A stretch of 64,000 nucleotides of DNA, taken from assembly GCA_965206405.1 (NCBI GenBank), contig CBDBJQ010000006.1:675061-739060 (forward strand). Direction: 5' to 3'. Positions 1 to 9,942 of this stretch are shown piece after piece. A program made the translations under genes and the position numbers. Position 1 is the stretch's first letter, and each line of letters starts with the position of its first letter. This DNA is from Alphaproteobacteria bacterium. GTDB lineage: Bacteria; Pseudomonadota; Alphaproteobacteria; UBA8366. Below the pieces are notes generated by a model. It saw nothing but the letters and a program-made list of their open reading frames with translations, searched no databases and was not told where the DNA came from.

Positions 1-1
1 A

Positions 2-349
2 GAGTTCATAATCATCGGCGACCGGATCTATTTCGACCTCAACAAGTCGGAACTTCGCTCCGAGGCGATCGAGGTTCTCAATAACCAGGCAGTCTGGCTG
101 GCCAAGTATCCTGCGGTCACGATTGTTATCGAAGGACACTGTGACGAGCGCGGAACGCGCGAATACAACCTTGCGCTCGGCGAGCGACGCGCCAACTCGG
201 TCAGGGATTACCTAGTCAGCCGTGGCATTGCCGGCAGCCGTGTCGAGGTTCTCAGCTACGGCAAGGAGCGGCCGGAAGTGATCGGCTCTAATGAAAACGC
301 ATGGAGCCAGAACCGTCGAGGCGTGACGATTATCAAAGGCGGCGCCTAG
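2..349 (+). CDS. pal: peptidoglycan-associated lipoprotein Pal, OmpA-like C-terminal domain; 5' end lies outside the window
   Basis: My own frame-2 translation from the window edge gives ...IYFDLNKSELRSEAIEVLNNQAVWLAKYPAVTIVIEGHCDERGTREYNLALGERRANSVRDYLVSRGI...SQNRRGVTIIKGGA, with stop TAG at 347-349. This is the classic OmpA/Pal peptidoglycan-binding domain, and cpoB follows as in tol-pal clusters. It is absent from the ORF track because there is no start in the window. Confidence 0.85.
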   Translation, partial: EFIIIGDRIYFDLNKSELRSEAIEVLNNQAVWLAKYPAVTIVIEGHCDERGTREYNLALGERRANSVRDYLVSRGIAGSRVEVLSYGKERPEVIGSNENAWSQNRRGVTIIKGGA

Positions 350-459
350 GATTTTGTCCCCGGAGTGGCTCCCGGTTTCGGGAGTGACGCTGCGGGGGCC
401 ATTCCAGGTATCTTGGAGGCCGCATCGAAGATCGCCTCGCCGGGCATAGGGCGATTGGG

Positions 460-1353
460 ATGGCCCAAATGCGATATCGGACACTAATCGCTTTTTCTAT
501 GCTCTTTGCCAGCATCGGCGCGCCCGATGCCGTAGCGCAGTCGGTGACACTAGAATCAGTGTCTGCCCTCCAGCAACAGATCGCTGTCCTCCGCCGTGAG
601 TTGCGAGATCTCAAGGGCGAGGTCGAGAGGGCCGGTCACGGTGTCGGCCATCTCGAGAGCAGCGTCGCCAAGCTTGTCAAGGATGTCGATTTGCGGTTGC
701 GGGTTCTTGAAACCCGCGCCCTCGCCGCCACGCCAGGGACAGGATCGGCGACCGCACCGGCCCTGGCCGGCGCAGCAGGTTCCGCGCCCCCCGCAGCCGC
801 TTCGACCCCGAAAACCCTGGGTGTCTTGTCGAAAACTGATTACGACAAGGCGCGTGAAGGGAGAACTTCCGGTCCGGCGCCATCTCTTCCTGCCGTCACT
901 GCACCCGCGGCGGTTGCACCGGCGCCGTCCTCCGATGAACGGCTTCCCGAGGGCTATCCGGTTGATGCCGGTCCCAAGGAGCAATACGACTTTGCGATAA
1001 ATCTCCTCTACAAGCGCCAGCTGCCCGAGGCCGAGACCGCCATGGCGGCCTTCTTGGCCCGACACCCGAAACACGACCTTGCCAGTAACGCGGTGTTCTG
1101 GATCGCGGAAACCCATTACGTGCGCAAGGATTACAAGAATGCCATCAAGAGCTATTACGAGGCCTACAAGGCTTATCCGAGAGGGCGTAAGGCGCCCGAC
1201 ACGCTTCTTAAACTGGCCTTCGCTCTTGGCAAGCTCCGCGAGAAGAAATCCGCCTGTTCTGCGCTCGCCGAACTGGAATCCTCCCATGGCGACGCCGAAG
1301 AACGCATCCTCAAACAAGCGGCAAAGCAAAAGACGCAACTCGGTTGCGTCTGA
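460..1353 (+). CDS. cpoB: tol-pal system protein CpoB/YbgF (signal peptide, coiled coil, C-terminal TPR)
   Basis: 297-aa ORF. It has an N-terminal signal-like segment (MLFASIGAPDAVAQ), a coiled-coil stretch (LQQQIAVLRRELRDLKGEVE) and a C-terminal TPR-like region (YDFAINLLYKRQLPEAETAMAAFLARHPKHDLASNAVFWIAETHY). It lies directly after pal. Confidence 0.8.
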   Translation: MAQMRYRTLIAFSMLFASIGAPDAVAQSVTLESVSALQQQIAVLRRELRDLKGEVERAGHGVGHLESSVAKLVKDVDLRLRVLETRALAATPGTGSATAPALAGAAGSAPPAAASTPKTLGVLSKTDYDKAREGRTSGPAPSLPAVTAPAAVAPAPSSDERLPEGYPVDAGPKEQYDFAINLLYKRQLPEAETAMAAFLARHPKHDLASNAVFWIAETHYVRKDYKNAIKSYYEAYKAYPRGRKAPDTLLKLAFALGKLREKKSACSALAELESSHGDAEERILKQAAKQKTQLGCV

Positions 1354-1366
1354 CCGAGCTCAGCCG

Positions 1367-2818
1367 ATGTCGTTGATCGGCGGGAATCCGGTCGACGACG
1401 CCGAGTTTGAGCAACTTATGCACGGATTGAGGCCGTTCGAGCCGGCGCCGACTCTCGCGGTTGCCTGTTCCGGCGGCGCCGACAGCATGGCGTTGCTGTT
1501 GCTGTCCTGCGCATGGGCCCGGAATGCCGGCGGATCCATCTCCGCTCTTGTCGTCGACCATGGTCTGCGGCCAGACTCTGCCGCCGAAGCCCGGCGGGTG
1601 TGCGGCTGGGCCGAACAGGCGGGTGCGCATCCAGTCCTTCTCGAATGGAACCGCCCCGCTTCTGGTGCTGACGGGTCCGCTTCCAGTGTCGGCGGGCCCG
1701 TCTCTGGCGCCAATCTGCAGGCGCGGGCCCGTGACGCCCGCTACCAGCTGATGACCGCGTGGTGCCGCGATGCGGGCGTTCTCCATCTTCTGGTCGGCCA
1801 TCACCAGGACGACCAGGCGGAGACCCTGTTGCTCAGGCTCTCCCGCGGCAGCGGCGTCGATGGACTCGCGGCGATGGCGCCGGTGGTCGAGCGGTCCCAG
1901 ATGCGTGTGTTGCGCCCCCTGCTGGATATTCCACGGACCCGTCTTGCAGCGACGCTCGCTGCCCGTGGCGGATCATCGGTCGAGGATCCGTCCAACCACG
2001 ACAGCCGGTTTGCGCGGGTGCGGATGCGCCAGCTGTTGCCGATGCTCGAGCGGGAAGGGCTGTCACCGGCGCGACTGGCGGCGACGGCCGCATATATGGC
2101 GCGCGCGCGGGCGGCTCTTGAAGGCCGGACGGCGGCGATGCTGGCCGATGCGGCTGCGTTTTTCCCCGAAGGCTACGCCCGCATCGATTCCGATGTCCTG
2201 TGCGCGGCCGAACCAGAAGTGGTTCTGCGGGCGCTGGCGCGGATCGTCTCCGTGATCGGCGGACGGCAGGATCCACCACGCTTGAAGCGCGTCGAGCGCC
2301 TGTATGAACGCCTGCAGGCCCTGTCGGCCGGAGAACGGTTCGCCGGCCGCACCATCGGCGGGTGCCGGATTTTCCCCCATCGCAAAGGCGGTAGCCGGAA
2401 AGACGGCAGTGGCGATGCAGAACTTCTGGTGACCAGGGAGCCGGCCATGGCGAGGCAGCGGTTGGCCCTGCCGGAGCAAGTACAGGAGCTATGCTGGGAC
2501 GGCAGGTTCCGCCTGCAGTGTTCAGGGGGCGGGGACGGGCTGGAAATTCGTCAGCTCGGGGCCGAGGGATGGTCGATGCTGCGCCGCAGCTTGCCTGCCG
2601 GAACGGAACTGCCAGCACCGGTTCTGCACGCCCTTCCGGCCGTCTGGAGCCTTGAAGGTGTGGTCGAGGCACCCCATCTGAACGGCGTGGCCGGAAATCC
2701 GGCGGGGCGGTATGTGCACAGCGTGGCTTTTGCACCGGAATCTCCTATCGGTGTGCGTCGCTTTGCAAATTCCGCCTCGGCGCACCACACTGATCGCATT
2801 GGGGCTAAATGCCCGTAG
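1367..2818 (+). CDS. tilS: tRNA(Ile)-lysidine synthase
   Basis: The PP-loop motif SGGADS occurs in ...LAVACSGGADSMALLLL..., followed by HHQDDQAETLLLRLSRGSG. The track ORF starts at 1079 but that part overlaps cpoB, so I chose the in-frame ATG at 1367 (MSLIGGNPVDD), just after the cpoB stop. Confidence 0.85.
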   Translation: MSLIGGNPVDDAEFEQLMHGLRPFEPAPTLAVACSGGADSMALLLLSCAWARNAGGSISALVVDHGLRPDSAAEARRVCGWAEQAGAHPVLLEWNRPASGADGSASSVGGPVSGANLQARARDARYQLMTAWCRDAGVLHLLVGHHQDDQAETLLLRLSRGSGVDGLAAMAPVVERSQMRVLRPLLDIPRTRLAATLAARGGSSVEDPSNHDSRFARVRMRQLLPMLEREGLSPARLAATAAYMARARAALEGRTAAMLADAAAFFPEGYARIDSDVLCAAEPEVVLRALARIVSVIGGRQDPPRLKRVERLYERLQALSAGERFAGRTIGGCRIFPHRKGGSRKDGSGDAELLVTREPAMARQRLALPEQVQELCWDGRFRLQCSGGGDGLEIRQLGAEGWSMLRRSLPAGTELPAPVLHALPAVWSLEGVVEAPHLNGVAGNPAGRYVHSVAFAPESPIGVRRFANSASAHHTDRIGAKCP

Positions 2819-2857
2819 TCCAGGCAAGCAGAAACCAGGCAAACGAGAATTGGAACC

Positions 2858-4783
2858 GTGAACCTGTTCGGCAGAAACATCATTCTCTGGGTCATCATCG
2901 TCGTGTTGATGGTGGGCCTCTTCAACATGTTCCAGGGATCCTCGACGCGCGAGGAACAATCCGAGGTCGCCTACTCGCAGTTCCTTGCCGAGGTCGAGCG
3001 CGGCGAGGTGTCCTCGGTTGTCATCGAGGGCGACCAGATCACCGGCACCTATAAGAACAACCGTCCCGGATTCATCGTCTACGCTCCCGACGACCCCAAG
3101 TTGGTCGAAAGGCTGGTCGAGCGCGACGTTCTGGTGAAGGCCAAGAAGCCGGATGGCGGTCTTCTGGCCCTGCTCATGGTGCTTCTGAACTGGTTCCCGA
3201 TGTTGCTCCTGATTGGCGTGTGGATCTTCTTCATGCGGCAGATGCATTCGGGCGGCGGTCGGGCTCTTGGCTTCGGCAAATCTCGGGCCCGCATGCTGAC
3301 GGAGAAATCCGGTCGCGTTACTTTCGAGGACGTGGCCGGCATCGACGAGGCGAAGCAGGAACTCGAGGAAATCGTCGATTTCCTGCGCGACCCGCAGAAG
3401 TTCCAGCGCGTCGGGGGCCGTATCCCCAAGGGCGTTCTCCTGGCCGGTCCTCCGGGCACCGGCAAGACCTTGCTCGCCCGGGCGATTGCCGGTGAGGCCA
3501 ACGTTCCGTTCTTCACCATTTCCGGCTCGGAATTCGTCGAGATGTTTGTCGGCGTCGGCGCCAGCCGGGTGCGCGACATGTTCGAACAGGCAAAGAAAAG
3601 CTCGCCCTGCCTGCTTTTCATTGACGAGCTTGATGCGGTTGGCCGCCATCGCGGTGCCGGTGTGGGCGGCGGCAACGATGAGCGCGAGCAGACACTGAAC
3701 CAGCTCCTGGTCGAAATGGACGGCTTCGAGACCAACGAAGGGGTCATCCTGATCGCCGCTACCAACCGCCCCGATGTGCTCGATCCGGCCCTGCTCCGAC
3801 CCGGGCGCTTTGATCGCCAGGTGGTCGTCCCGAATCCGGATATCCGCGGCCGCGAACTGATCCTCAAGGTGCATCTGCGCAAGGTGCCCATGACGGCCGA
3901 TGTCGATGCCCGGATCATCGCCCGCGGCACGCCCGGCTTCTCGGGCGCCGATCTCGCCAACCTGGTTAACGAGGCGGCCTTGCTGGCTGCACGCAAGAAC
4001 CACCGGGCCGTTTCGATGCTGGACATGGAATCGGCCAAGGACAAAGTACTGATGGGCGCCGAGCGCCGCTCGATGATCATGACCGAGGATGAGAAGCGGC
4101 TGACTGCCTATCACGAGGCCGGCCATGCGCTGGCAACTCTGCACAGCCCGGCCTCGGATCCGATCCACAAGGCAACGATTATTCCCCGAGGGCGAGCTCT
4201 CGGCATGGTCATGCGCCTGCCCGAGAAGGACATCTTGGCGATGGCGCGCGACCAAATCGAAGCGAACCTGGTGGTCGCGATGGGCGGGCGCCTGGCCGAA
4301 GAACTGGTGTTTGGCCGCGAGAAAGTGACGACGGGCGCCGCCAACGACATCCAGCAGGCGACCGAGATCGCCCGCAAGATGATCACCGAATGGGGCATGA
4401 GCGACAAGCTCGGCCCGCTGCGCTACAACGACAATCAGGAAGAGGTGTTCCTCGGCCACTCGGTAACCCAGACGAAAAACGTCTCGGATGCGACGGCGCA
4501 GATCATCGATAACGAGATTCGGCGCGTCGTCGACGCAGCTGAAACGGTATGTCGCGAGATCCTGAAGACGAACATCGACGATCTCCACGCCATCGCCGGA
4601 GCGCTACTTGAATACGAAACTCTCACCGGTGATGAGATCGAAGCGGTGCTGCGCGGCGAGACGATTGTCCGGGATATCGACACCGACGTCTCCGATGACG
4701 CAGCCGGTGGCTCCCGACCCTCGGTGCCGCGGAGCGGCGCCGTCCGGCCGGGTGAGGAACCCGAGCCGCAACTGGGCGTTTGA
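2858..4783 (+). CDS. ftsH: ATP-dependent zinc metalloprotease FtsH
   Basis: 641 aa with an N-terminal TM segment, Walker [19 protein letters not shown], the SRH region [20 protein letters not shown] and the zinc motif HEAGHAL. The start is GTG. Confidence 0.97.
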   Translation: MNLFGRNIILWVIIVVLMVGLFNMFQGSSTREEQSEVAYSQFLAEVERGEVSSVVIEGDQITGTYKNNRPGFIVYAPDDPKLVERLVERDVLVKAKKPDGGLLALLMVLLNWFPMLLLIGVWIFFMRQMHSGGGRALGFGKSRARMLTEKSGRVTFEDVAGIDEAKQELEEIVDFLRDPQKFQRVGGRIPKGVLLAGPPGTGKTLLARAIAGEANVPFFTISGSEFVEMFVGVGASRVRDMFEQAKKSSPCLLFIDELDAVGRHRGAGVGGGNDEREQTLNQLLVEMDGFETNEGVILIAATNRPDVLDPALLRPGRFDRQVVVPNPDIRGRELILKVHLRKVPMTADVDARIIARGTPGFSGADLANLVNEAALLAARKNHRAVSMLDMESAKDKVLMGAERRSMIMTEDEKRLTAYHEAGHALATLHSPASDPIHKATIIPRGRALGMVMRLPEKDILAMARDQIEANLVVAMGGRLAEELVFGREKVTTGAANDIQQATEIARKMITEWGMSDKLGPLRYNDNQEEVFLGHSVTQTKNVSDATAQIIDNEIRRVVDAAETVCREILKTNIDDLHAIAGALLEYETLTGDEIEAVLRGETIVRDIDTDVSDDAAGGSRPSVPRSGAVRPGEEPEPQLGV

Positions 4784-4903
4784 AGCCCCTCTTTCCGCAC
4801 ACTCAGGACATTTTCTGATTACGCCCCATGACATGCCGATCGTGCGGCCGGTGTCGATAGGCGCGTGAAACGACTGCAGGTAAACATCGGAGACCATGCG
4901 GAC

Positions 4904-6262
4904 ATGACCGCGCGAATGAACTATTTTGGAACCGACGGCATCCGCGGCACCGTCAATCAGGAGCCAATCACGCCCCAGACGATACTTCGTCTTGCGATGG
5001 CTGCCGGCACCCGGTTCCGGCGCGGCGACTATCGCCACAGGGCTGTCATCGGCAAGGACACACGGTTGTCCGGCTACATGCTGGAGCCGGCGCTGACCGC
5101 AGGCTTCATCGCTACCGGCATGGATGTGATCCTTGCCGGCCCGTTGCCGACCCCGGCCATCTCGATGCTGGTCCCTTCCCTGCGGGCCGATGTCGGGGTC
5201 ATGATATCGGCGTCGCACAACCCGTACTGGGACAACGGAATCAAGCTGTTCGGGCCCGATGGTCGCAAACTGTCGAGCGCGGTCCAGCACGAGATCGAGG
5301 ATCTGATGAATGATCAGGAGGGCCCGGCCGTGCAGGATCTCTCCACGGATACCGGCCGCGCCAGTCGGCTCGATGACGCTCCCGGCCGATACATCGAGAT
5401 GGTCAAGAACACCTTGCCGGCCGATTTGCGCCTGGATGGCCTGAAAATCATCATCGACTGCGCCAATGGCGCCGCCTACCGCGTGGCGCCAACCGTGTTG
5501 TATGAGCTGGGGGGCGAGATCATCTCTCTCGGTGACGCCCCCGATGGCCTAAACATCAACCAGGAATGTGGCGCGGTCGACCCCGAGGCCATGCGCCAGA
5601 AGGTCCTCGATGAGGGCGCCGATATCGGCATCGCCCTCGACGGAGACGCTGACAGGGTAATTCTCGCCGACGAGAAAGGGGCACTGGTCGATGGAGACCA
5701 GATCCTCGCCCTGATTGCCGAAGCCTGGCACGGCACGGGGCGGCTTAACGGCAATGCCGTGGTTGGCACGGTAATGTCGAATCTCGGTCTCGAGAACCGC
5801 CTCAGGGATCTCGGCCTGGGCCTGGTTCGCACCGCTGTTGGCGATCACCATGTCATCGAGAGCATGGTCGCACAGGGGTACAATGTCGGCGGCGAGCAAT
5901 CCGGCCATATTGTTCTCAACGATTTCATCACCACCGGGGACGGCCTGATCGCGGCTTTGCAGGTGCTGGCCGTCCTGGTCAGGAATGGTCGTCCGGCCAG
6001 CGAAATCTGCCGGTGTTTCGAGCCGATGCCACAGATTCTGCGCAATGTTCCGGTAACCAGCAATGATCCACTCGCGACGCTCGCGGTTCGGGAGGCGATG
6101 CGCAGCGGGGAGAAGAAACTCGGGGATACAGGCCGGTTGCTGGTACGCCCCTCGGGCACCGAGCCGGTGATCCGAATCATGGCAGAGGGGCCGGATAGCA
6201 CACTGATCGCCGGTGTGGTGGACGATATTGCAGCGGCGCTCGAACAGGGTGCACGTTCGTGA
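4904..6262 (+). CDS. glmM: phosphoglucosamine mutase
   Basis: Contains YFGTDGIRG at the N-terminus, the active-site SASHNP motif and a GEQSGH loop. Start chosen at ATG 4904 ([12 protein letters not shown]), with GGAGA 10 nt upstream. ATG 4916 or the track start 4865 are alternatives. Confidence 0.93.
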   Translation: MTARMNYFGTDGIRGTVNQEPITPQTILRLAMAAGTRFRRGDYRHRAVIGKDTRLSGYMLEPALTAGFIATGMDVILAGPLPTPAISMLVPSLRADVGVMISASHNPYWDNGIKLFGPDGRKLSSAVQHEIEDLMNDQEGPAVQDLSTDTGRASRLDDAPGRYIEMVKNTLPADLRLDGLKIIIDCANGAAYRVAPTVLYELGGEIISLGDAPDGLNINQECGAVDPEAMRQKVLDEGADIGIALDGDADRVILADEKGALVDGDQILALIAEAWHGTGRLNGNAVVGTVMSNLGLENRLRDLGLGLVRTAVGDHHVIESMVAQGYNVGGEQSGHIVLNDFITTGDGLIAALQVLAVLVRNGRPASEICRCFEPMPQILRNVPVTSNDPLATLAVREAMRSGEKKLGDTGRLLVRPSGTEPVIRIMAEGPDSTLIAGVVDDIAAALEQGARS

Positions 6263-7062
6263 CTGTTGCGGCGCTGGGCCGGGTTCTGATTGTCGCGGGA
6301 TCCGATTCCGGCGGCGGTGCCGGGATCCAGGCTGATATCAAGACAGTGACAGCCCTCGGCGGCTTTGCGATGACTGCGGTAACGGCAGTGACTGCCCAGA
6401 ACACCACCGGCGTATTTGGAGTCTCGGCGCTGGACCCGGCCTTTGTCGCGCAACAGATCGAGGTGGTACTCGACGATCTCGGTGCCGATTGCATCAAAAC
6501 GGGAATGCTTTCGGGCACAGGCGTCATCAACGCCGTGGCCGGGGCTCTCGAAACACACGCGCCGGCGGTTCCCCTGGTCGTCGATCCGGTGATGTTTGCC
6601 AAGGGCGGGCATCCCCTGCTCGCAACCGACGCCGTGGCGGGTCTGAAGGCCACGCTGTTGCCACGGGCGACCCTGGTGACTCCCAACATACCGGAGGCCG
6701 CCGCCCTGGCCGGCAGAGCCGTCGAGACGGTCGAGGACATGGAACGGGCCGCTGTGGAAATCTGCAGTCTTGGCGCGGAAGCCGTGCTGGTGAAGGGCGG
6801 GCACCTTCCGGGTCCGGTGTTGACTGACATCCTCGTTGATTCAACCGGAACCCTTCGCCTCGAGGATCCGCGCATTGAAACCCGCCATACCCACGGCACG
6901 GGTTGCACGCTTGCTTCCGCGATCGCAGTGCGGCTCGCCACGGGAGTGCCATTGCATGATGCGGTTGCCGACGCTCGGGGGTATGTACGCGAGGCGATCC
7001 GGACCGCTCCCGATCTTGGCGCCGGGCACGGGCCGATGAACCACGCCCATACGGTACACTGA
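6259..7062 (+). CDS. thiD: bifunctional hydroxymethylpyrimidine / phosphomethylpyrimidine kinase
   Basis: 267 aa: ...[21 protein letters not shown]...AVTAQNT...[14 protein letters not shown]. The GTG start overlaps the glmM stop (GTGA). Confidence 0.9.
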   Translation: MTVAALGRVLIVAGSDSGGGAGIQADIKTVTALGGFAMTAVTAVTAQNTTGVFGVSALDPAFVAQQIEVVLDDLGADCIKTGMLSGTGVINAVAGALETHAPAVPLVVDPVMFAKGGHPLLATDAVAGLKATLLPRATLVTPNIPEAAALAGRAVETVEDMERAAVEICSLGAEAVLVKGGHLPGPVLTDILVDSTGTLRLEDPRIETRHTHGTGCTLASAIAVRLATGVPLHDAVADARGYVREAIRTAPDLGAGHGPMNHAHTVH

Positions 7063-7085
7063 ACAAAATAAAACGGAGCTTTCTG

Positions 7086-8063
7086 GTGGATATTCCCAAG
7101 CGCGAAGATATTGAATCGGCAGCAGAGCTGATCTACCGGACCATGCCGCCGACCCCGCAATATTGCTGGCCTCTCCTCTCGACGCGTTGCGGAACCGAGA
7201 TCTGGGTCAAGCACGAGAACCACACGATGACCGGAGCCTTCAAGGTCCGGGGTGGAATCGTGCACATAGATGCCCTGGCACGGGAGCGATCCGATATTCC
7301 CGGGGTGATCGCCGCAACCCGGGGCAATCATGGCCAGTCAGTCGCCTTTGCGGCGCGAAACGCCGGTATCCGGTCCGTGGTCGTGGTACCGCACGACAAC
7401 AGCCGGGAAAAGAACGCAGCCATGCGCGCCTTCGGTGCGGAACTGGTCGAGCATGGCCGCGATTTCAACGAGGCTTATGACTATGCACGCGAGCGGGCTG
7501 AAGCCGAGGGGTTGTATCCATTTCCATCCTACGATCTGGATCTGGTCCGGGGCGTTGGCACCTATTCACTGGAGATTCTGTCGGCGGTGCCCGATCTCGA
7601 TATCCTCTATGTGCCGCTCGGCCTCGGCTCAGGCGTGTGCGGTGCCGTTGCCGCTCGCGAAGCACTCGGGTTGAAGACGAACATCGTCGCCGCTGCTGCC
7701 GAGCAAGCGCCTTGCTATGCGCACTCGTTTGCAGCCGGCAAGCCGGTTTCGACGAACTCGGCGGATACGATTGCCGATGGTCTGGCGGTGCGCATTCCCG
7801 ACGAACGTCCGCTCGAAGTCATACTCAAGGGCGTTGCCCGCATCGTCACCGTCTCTGAGGCCGAAATTGAGGCGGCGATGCGGTATTACTACACCGACAC
7901 CCACAATCTTGCCGAAGGCGCCGGCGCGGCAGCCCTGGCTGCGGCGCTACAGGAGCGCGAGACCCTGGCGGGCAAGCGCGTCGGCCTGATCCTGTCCGGC
8001 GGCAATGTCGACAAGGAGATCTATCAGCGCATCCTCGGCGACGCCCAGGTGGAGGCCGGATAA
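7086..8063 (+). CDS. PLP-dependent threonine/serine dehydratase family protein (catabolic type, no ACT regulatory domain)
   Basis: 325 aa. The PLP-lysine context is HENHTMTGAFKVRGG. The glycine-rich loop is PLGLGSGVCG and the length matches the short dehydratase / 3-hydroxyaspartate ammonia-lyase subgroup. Confidence 0.8.
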   Translation: MDIPKREDIESAAELIYRTMPPTPQYCWPLLSTRCGTEIWVKHENHTMTGAFKVRGGIVHIDALARERSDIPGVIAATRGNHGQSVAFAARNAGIRSVVVVPHDNSREKNAAMRAFGAELVEHGRDFNEAYDYARERAEAEGLYPFPSYDLDLVRGVGTYSLEILSAVPDLDILYVPLGLGSGVCGAVAAREALGLKTNIVAAAAEQAPCYAHSFAAGKPVSTNSADTIADGLAVRIPDERPLEVILKGVARIVTVSEAEIEAAMRYYYTDTHNLAEGAGAAALAAALQERETLAGKRVGLILSGGNVDKEIYQRILGDAQVEAG

Positions 8064-8100
8064 GCTCCGGCGGCAAGCTCCGGCGGCAAGCTCCGGCGGC
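8062..8100. repeat. perfect 13-bp tandem repeat x3 (aagctccggcggc), starting inside the dehydratase stop codon
   Basis: Read directly: units at 8062-8074, 8075-8087 and 8088-8100. Confidence 0.95.
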
Positions 8101-8118
8101 AAAACCCCAGCGGGTTTT
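8101..8118 (+). terminator. terminator-like hairpin AAAACCC-cagc-GGGTTTT
   Basis: 7-bp stem (8101-8107 with 8112-8118) and a 4-nt loop, right after the repeat. The T-run is part of the 3' arm, so this is a weak intrinsic-terminator call. Confidence 0.4.
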
Positions 8119-8255
8119 CTGGGTGGGTATCCTGAGCCAATTATCCCGAGTAGATTCAAGGGTTAGAGGACAGCAAGAATCGGGTGTCGGGGGCAGTACC
8201 CGATGGGCATGATGGCACCGTTAGCGCGACTGTTCCGCAGCAAGGAGGCCAGACA

Positions 8256-9128
8256 ATGACCACTGCACATCATGTGCCGCATATCGGCATCACCCGGGCG
8301 ATCGAGTATCTCGCCGAAAACTACGCCGGCCAACCTTCCCTGGGAGATGCTGCTTCGGAGGCGGGTCTCAGCCCGCATCATTTCCAGCGCCTGTTCACTC
8401 GGGATGTCGGCATCAGCCCGAAAAAGTTCGTCCAGCATCTGACACTGCGCCACGCCAAGGAAAGCCTTACGGATTCGGCGAGCGTCCTGGATGCAACCCT
8501 GGATGCGGGCCTTTCGGGACCGGGACGCCTGCATGATCTCTTCGTTGCCCATGAAGCGATGACTCCGGGGGAGTGGAAGCGCCACGGTGCCGGATTGCAG
8601 CTGACCTATGGCTGGCATCCGAGTCCCTTCGGATCCTGTCTGATCGTCGCCGGAGACCGCGGTGTCTGCGGCATGGCTTTCGCGCCTGAACCGGGATGCC
8701 AGGAAACCCTCGAGGATCTCGCCTCGTCCCTCGACGGGGCGGATTGGTCAGAGGACGCCGCTGCGACCGAAGCTTACGCAGAGCAGGCTTTCGGCGATGC
8801 AGGCGGCACGCTCCGGGTGGTCCTCAGGGGAACATCCTTTCAGATCAAAGTCTGGGAAGCACTGTTGCGGATTCCCGCCGGCCGGGTGGTCGACTATGGC
8901 GGTCTCGCCTCGGCCCTCGGCCAGCCGAGCGCGGCGCGCGCGGTGGCGGGTGCAGTGGCGCGCAATCCGGTTTCCTGGCTGGTGCCCTGCCATCGCGTCA
9001 TCCGCAGCACCGGTGCGATCACCGGCTATCGCTGGGGACCGACACGCAAGCGCGCGATGCTGGCTGTCGAGGCAGCCGGATGGGGGAGAAGAGTGCCTGG
9101 AAGAACGCGCCTGGAAGAGCGCGTCTAG
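8256..9128 (+). CDS. AraC-type HTH domain fused to methylated-DNA-[protein]-cysteine S-methyltransferase (Ada/Ogt-like)
   Basis: The N-terminus has an AraC HTH (LSPHHFQRLFTRDVGISPKKFVQHLTLRHAKESL). The C-terminus is MGMT with the active site PCHRVIRSTG. Start chosen at ATG 8256, preceded by AAGGAGG at 8242-8248; the track start is 8184. Confidence 0.85.
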   Translation: MTTAHHVPHIGITRAIEYLAENYAGQPSLGDAASEAGLSPHHFQRLFTRDVGISPKKFVQHLTLRHAKESLTDSASVLDATLDAGLSGPGRLHDLFVAHEAMTPGEWKRHGAGLQLTYGWHPSPFGSCLIVAGDRGVCGMAFAPEPGCQETLEDLASSLDGADWSEDAAATEAYAEQAFGDAGGTLRVVLRGTSFQIKVWEALLRIPAGRVVDYGGLASALGQPSAARAVAGAVARNPVSWLVPCHRVIRSTGAITGYRWGPTRKRAMLAVEAAGWGRRVPGRTRLEERV

Positions 9129-9165
9129 AAGAGTTTAGAGAGGCGCGCGCGTTATACCGCCGCTG

Positions 9166-9942
9166 TCAGACGGCGTTGCCCCAGGCCACGAAGGGCGGGT
9201 TTTTGAACCCTTCCTTGGCATAGCGCAGCGGCGCACCGTTTTCCCGCAGAACCCGCCCGCCGGCAGCTTCGAGAATCGCCTGTCCGGCGCCGGTATCCCA
9301 CTCCATGGTGGTGCCGGAACGGGGATAGGCGTCGACCTCGCCCGATGCGACCAGGCAGAATTTGAGCGAACTTCCCATGTGGACGATGTCCTTCAGGGGT
9401 CGGTTCCCGAGAAGCTCTTTCAGATAATCGGTGTTGCGGTGTCGTCTGCTGATGGCGATGGTAACTGCGGCGTCCGCCGGCACCGAGCGCGCGGCAATCA
9501 GCCGGGGCGCGCCACCGTTCTCCTGCATGAAGGCTCCGTTGCCGACGCTGCCATAATAGGTCTTGTCCAGGGCCGGTGCATGGATGACGCCACAGACCGG
9601 GACCGTGTCCTCGACAAGACAGATGTTCATGGTGAATTCGCCGTTGCGGTCGAGAAACTCCCGGGTGCCATCGACGGGATCGATGACCCAAAACTGACTC
9701 TTCCGGGATGCTATGAACTCGTTTTCGCTGAAAGACTCCTCGGCTACGGCCGGCACCCCCGGCACCAGGGCATCGAGCCCAGCGAGAATGATTTCCTCGG
9801 CCAGGATATCGGCCTCGGTGACAGGCGTGTGATCGCCCTTTTGATGCACCTCGAAATCAGTGGCGTAAATCTTCATCACCGCCTCGCCGGCTTCGTGAGC
9901 CAGCTGAACCAAGCTCTTCAGCAACGCGCCGTCCTGCGTCAT
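9166..9942 (-). CDS. cysQ: 3'(2'),5'-bisphosphate nucleotidase (inositol monophosphatase family)
   Basis: Carries the IMPase-family motifs TPVTEADILAEE, WVIDPVDGTREF and EWDTGAGQAILEAAGG. The internal ATG at 9942 is used (MTQDGALLKS); the longer track ORF (to 10401) overlaps the upstream gene out of frame. The start overlaps the upstream stop by 1 nt (TGATG). Confidence 0.85.
   Translation of the reverse strand: MTQDGALLKSLVQLAHEAGEAVMKIYATDFEVHQKGDHTPVTEADILAEEIILAGLDALVPGVPAVAEESFSENEFIASRKSQFWVIDPVDGTREFLDRNGEFTMNICLVEDTVPVCGVIHAPALDKTYYGSVGNGAFMQENGGAPRLIAARSVPADAAVTIAISRRHRNTDYLKELLGNRPLKDIVHMGSSLKFCLVASGEVDAYPRSGTTMEWDTGAGQAILEAAGGRVLRENGAPLRYAKEGFKNPPFVAWGNAV

Noticed and set aside
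2522-4588. 688-aa minus-strand ORF
   Set aside because: It is entirely antisense to ftsH, whose identity is unambiguous. This is a typical long shadow ORF of high-GC DNA, and its translation shows no recognisable motifs.
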